A stretch of 64,000 nt of DNA from Anaerolineae bacterium. Lineage in GTDB: Bacteria > Chloroflexota > Anaerolineae > S140-20. This document shows, in pieces, positions 60,856 through 64,000 of this stretch. The notes under the pieces are model-generated. The model saw nothing but the letters and a program-made list of their open reading frames with translations. It did no database searches and was not told the DNA's origin. The translations under genes and the position numbers were made by a program. The stretch lies in the NCBI GenBank assembly GCA_027021705.1, contig JALUTT010000008.1, forward strand, positions 10,365-74,364, given 5' to 3'. Within the stretch, counting starts at the first letter, position 1. Each line of letters starts with the position of its first letter.

Positions 60856-61557
60856 CTAGGGGATGCGCTTCCGCCAGCGCCAGGCGGCCAGGAGGACGAA
60901 GAGGGCCGCCAACCCGGTCACTCCGCCGATGAAGAAGGTCGCGTCCACCCAGAAGGGGAGCGGGAAGAGGCGGATGAGGGTGTCGTCGGCCCGGAAGAGC
61001 CAGGTATCCCCCTCGAAGAAGAGGCGGTGGAAGGCGGTGAAGAAGAGGTTGAAGTTGACCAGGGCGAGGGTCAGGATGGTGAGGAGCAGGGCCAGGGTGA
61101 GGCCGGCCCCCGCGATGAGCCCCTGGGCCGCTCGGTGTTGCAGGGCCGGGGTGAAGGCCAGGGCCAGCGTCCCCCCGATCAGGATCAGGAGCGTCATCCC
61201 GTAGACCACCCGCGCCCAGCGGATGACGCGCCGCACGTCGGCCATATGGCGGATCTCACGGGCGTTGAAGGCCGGCGCCCCGGTCCCCTCGAAGCGGGCC
61301 TCCTCCAGCAGGCGCATCCCCTCCGGGCCGACGACGGAGCGCAGCGCCCGCTCGGCCAGCGCCTGTCGCTCCTCCCGCTCCAGCGGGTAGCCGCCGGCGG
61401 GCACGTGGCGGTCCGGCGGGAAGCCGGGTCGGATGTACTCGTAGCGGATGAACCAGGGGAAGAGAAGCAACTGGACCGCCGTCAGGACCAGGAAGATGGG
61501 CACGGCGACGATGACCGCTAGGTGAAGCAGGTTCAGCAGCCAGGATGGTACGCGCAT
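60856..61557 (-). CDS. TIGR01906/DUF1461-like membrane protein
   Basis: FNAREIRHMADVR, FFTAFHRLFF..W.F..D.LIRLFP..FW. Confidence 0.85.
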   Translation of the reverse strand: MRVPSWLLNLLHLAVIVAVPIFLVLTAVQLLLFPWFIRYEYIRPGFPPDRHVPAGGYPLEREERQALAERALRSVVGPEGMRLLEEARFEGTGAPAFNAREIRHMADVRRVIRWARVVYGMTLLILIGGTLALAFTPALQHRAAQGLIAGAGLTLALLLTILTLALVNFNLFFTAFHRLFFEGDTWLFRADDTLIRLFPLPFWVDATFFIGGVTGLAALFVLLAAWRWRKRIP

Positions 61558-61595
61558 AGCTCCCTCCTAACGCAGAGACAAATGGGCAATTTGTC

Positions 61596-63134
61596 CTACT
61601 CGCCTTGGAGCAGGTAGCGGATGACGATGGCGTTGGTCAGCGACTCCACCGGAGCCCGGTCGTCGGTGAAGATGGGGCCGTCCGGCGGGACGGTGCGCAG
61701 GTTCGCCAGCGCCTCGCCCGCCACCTCCCGGAGGAAGGGGTGCTGCAACCCGTCCAGGTTGGCCGCCAAGTTCTCCGGGCTCGTCGGCTGCACGGTGGCG
61801 ATGATCAGGGCGTTGAAGGTGCCGGGCAGGTCCACCACGTGGACGCTGGGGAAGACCTGGCCCAGCGTCCGCACCATCGCCGCCACCAGCCGGTAGTCGG
61901 TGTCGGTGTGGCCCACGTTGACGGCGACGACGCCGTCGTCGGTCAGGTGATCCCGCACCTGCCGGAAGAACTCCACCGTCGTCAGGTGCCAGGGGATGTA
62001 GGGCAGCCGGTAGGCGTCCACGGCGACGAGGGTGTAGCGCCGGGGGGAGCGGGCCAGGAAGGCGCGGGCGTCGCCGACGACCACCTGCAGGTTGGGCATC
62101 GTCATCCCGAAGTAGTCCCGCCCCACCCGGACGATGGCCGGGTCAATCTCCACGCCGACGATGGGCAGCGGGCCGTAGACCTGGGTGATCTGCCGGGCGA
62201 TGGTGCCGGCGGCCAGCCCCAGGATCGCCACCCGCCGCACCCGGGCCGGCGGGTAGGGGGGCGGGTTGAAGTAGGGCGCGATGAGGAAGTAGTCCCAGGT
62301 GCCGAAGGTGCGCAGCCGGTCAGGGTGGTAGACGGAGTGAACCCCCTGCCCCTCGTTGAGGAGCAGGTAGCGGGTGCCGTCCTCTGCTTCCATGACTTGG
62401 ATGTAGTTGTAGGCCGACTCCTCCTCGTGGAGCGGGCGCCAGCCCCAGAGGGGGGGCTTGAGGGGGCCGCGCAGGAGCAGCCAGGCGGACCCCAGGAGCA
62501 GGAGGGGCATCCAGAGGTAGGCCCACCAGCGACCGCCGGCCCGGGCCAGCCCCAGGAGGGCCACCGCCATCAGCAGGCCGGCGAAGAGGAGGAAGGTGCG
62601 GGCAGTGCCGATGGCCCCGATGAGGAAGAGAACCGGCGCGAAGGTGCCGATGACGCTGCCCAGGGTGGAGAGGGCGTAGACCCGTCCGGCCACGTCGCCG
62701 GCCCGCCGCAGGTCCCACAGGGCCAGCCGGAGGGCGAAGGGGGAGACGCAGCCCAGCAGCGTCACCGGGATGGCGAAGAGGAGGAGGACGCTGAGGAAGC
62801 TCCCCCCGATGACCGCCACCTCCAGGTCGGCGAAGGCGCGGGCGGCGGCCCGGAGCAGCGGGCGGGCGAGGAGCGGGATCAGCCCGGAGGTGAAGGCGGC
62901 CCAGAGCAGCAGCCGGTAGAAGGTCTGGGGGTGGGGAGAGCGGTCGGCCCAGCGCCCGCCCAGGAAGTAGCCCAGCGTCAGGTAGATCAGGATCAGGCCG
63001 ATGATGTTGGCCCAGACAATGTTGGAAGTGCCGAAGACCGCCTCCAGCAGCCGGGCGGCGGAGACTTCCACGGCCAGCGTGGTCATGCCGGCGACGAAAA
63101 CGGTCAGGTAGAGGTATCGCGTGGATGGTCGCAT
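61596..63134 (-). CDS. Fused membrane/spermidine-synthase-like methyltransferase
   Basis: N-terminal TM bundle, ESAYNYI.V, LGLAAGT, VEIDP, GDAR, TDDRAPVE. Confidence 0.88.
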   Translation of the reverse strand: MRPSTRYLYLTVFVAGMTTLAVEVSAARLLEAVFGTSNIVWANIIGLILIYLTLGYFLGGRWADRSPHPQTFYRLLLWAAFTSGLIPLLARPLLRAAARAFADLEVAVIGGSFLSVLLLFAIPVTLLGCVSPFALRLALWDLRRAGDVAGRVYALSTLGSVIGTFAPVLFLIGAIGTARTFLLFAGLLMAVALLGLARAGGRWWAYLWMPLLLLGSAWLLLRGPLKPPLWGWRPLHEEESAYNYIQVMEAEDGTRYLLLNEGQGVHSVYHPDRLRTFGTWDYFLIAPYFNPPPYPPARVRRVAILGLAAGTIARQITQVYGPLPIVGVEIDPAIVRVGRDYFGMTMPNLQVVVGDARAFLARSPRRYTLVAVDAYRLPYIPWHLTTVEFFRQVRDHLTDDGVVAVNVGHTDTDYRLVAAMVRTLGQVFPSVHVVDLPGTFNALIIATVQPTSPENLAANLDGLQHPFLREVAGEALANLRTVPPDGPIFTDDRAPVESLTNAIVIRYLLQGE

Positions 63135-63734
63135 CTACGGCAGCAGGGAAGTGACGTCAACGGTGCAGTCGGGAAAGCGCCGAGGACGGATGGTGTCACC
63201 GGGCCCGTAGAGGGTGCGCCGGCGATAGGCAGCCCGACCGTCGGCCAGGACCACGGGCTCCCGATGGACCTCGACCTGATCCTCCACCAGGTTGACGATC
63301 CAGCACTCCGGGATGCCGGCAGCGGCGTAGAGGGGGAGCTTGATCTCCCGGTCCTCCCGCAAGCTCGATTCGGCGATCTCTACCACCAGGAGCACCTCTT
63401 CCGGCAGGGGATGACGGTCGGCGTAGCCGCCCTCTCGGGGCAGGGCCAGGGTGAGGTCAGGCTCCGGCTCAGAATCGGCCTGGGGGATGGTGATGGGGTC
63501 CTGAGCGCGGACCTCGGCCCGCTCTCCCAAAGCGGTGATGAAGGCGCGCAACAGGTAGGTCAACGCGGTCGCGTGGCGGGGTCCTTTGGGGCTCATCGGG
63601 TGCAGCACGCCTTCGATCAGCTCCACGCGCTCATCCTCCGGGAAGAAGCCCATCGCGACCAGGCGGTGGTACTCCTCCAGGCTGAGTCGGCGGATTTCCC
63701 TCGGATAGGGTGGGTGGGGCAGGGAGACGGCCAT
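63135..63734 (-). CDS. Uma2 (DUF820) family endonuclease-fold protein
   Basis: ELIEG, EPEPD, LVVEIA.SS..D..K..YA.AGI.E.WIV. Confidence 0.92.
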   Translation of the reverse strand: MAVSLPHPPYPREIRRLSLEEYHRLVAMGFFPEDERVELIEGVLHPMSPKGPRHATALTYLLRAFITALGERAEVRAQDPITIPQADSEPEPDLTLALPREGGYADRHPLPEEVLLVVEIAESSLREDREIKLPLYAAAGIPECWIVNLVEDQVEVHREPVVLADGRAAYRRRTLYGPGDTIRPRRFPDCTVDVTSLLP

Positions 63735-64000
63735 AGCAGCTCCTCTTGAGTGAGAAGATAAGGGGGATTATCCATCACTTCGCTCCTACGTGTATCGTGG
63801 CCGATCCGTAGCAAGCAGTATAGCGTAACTCTGCGCAGAAGGCAAGGCCGGAAAAGCCGGTGAACTCTCCATCAACGCGAGCGTATCGAGTTGGGGACCT
63901 ACAGGTAGCCGAAATGGGCTCTGGGCTTCGTAAAATGGTCGAAAAAGGGGGGGGAGCTTGCCCATAATGAATTTGAGCCAACCCGCGAAATAGGGTACAA

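Noticed and set aside
63135..63734. Uma2 gene as part of a restriction or defence system
   Set aside because: No methylase or defence partner adjacent; the family is commonly dispersed

Overview
GC-rich bacterial chromosome segment, very probably Chloroflexota (Anaerolineae-like): one secreted protein ends in the Chloroflexi YLPIV-type tail, and the gene set and intergenic repeat style fit. Most of the window is housekeeping or metabolic: MacAB-like exporter, rarA, pcm, fabL, udgB-type glycosylase, hutI, pit/DUF47, secDF, acetoacetate-CoA ligase, menG/ubiE, birA, archease-rtcB and tRNA-Ser(CGA). Three accessory blocks stand out. (1) 1-5815: an operon of four divergent P-loop ATPases running off the left edge, one with a helical N-terminal extension and one with an OmpR-type winged helix; I cannot assign it to a named system. 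(2) 42395-48700: a metal-homeostasis island (ArsR, PaaK-like ligase, P1B ATPase, divergent MntH-USP). (3) 56326-60835: an AT-richer block with two attC sites and no integrase in the window, small cassette-like genes, two secreted proteins and a two-component system. Intergenic DNA carries two MITE-like families (about 150 bp and 97 bp), REP-like hairpins, 7/8-mer tandem repeats and several gene remnants absent from the ORF track. All functional calls come from motif recognition by eye; no searches were run.
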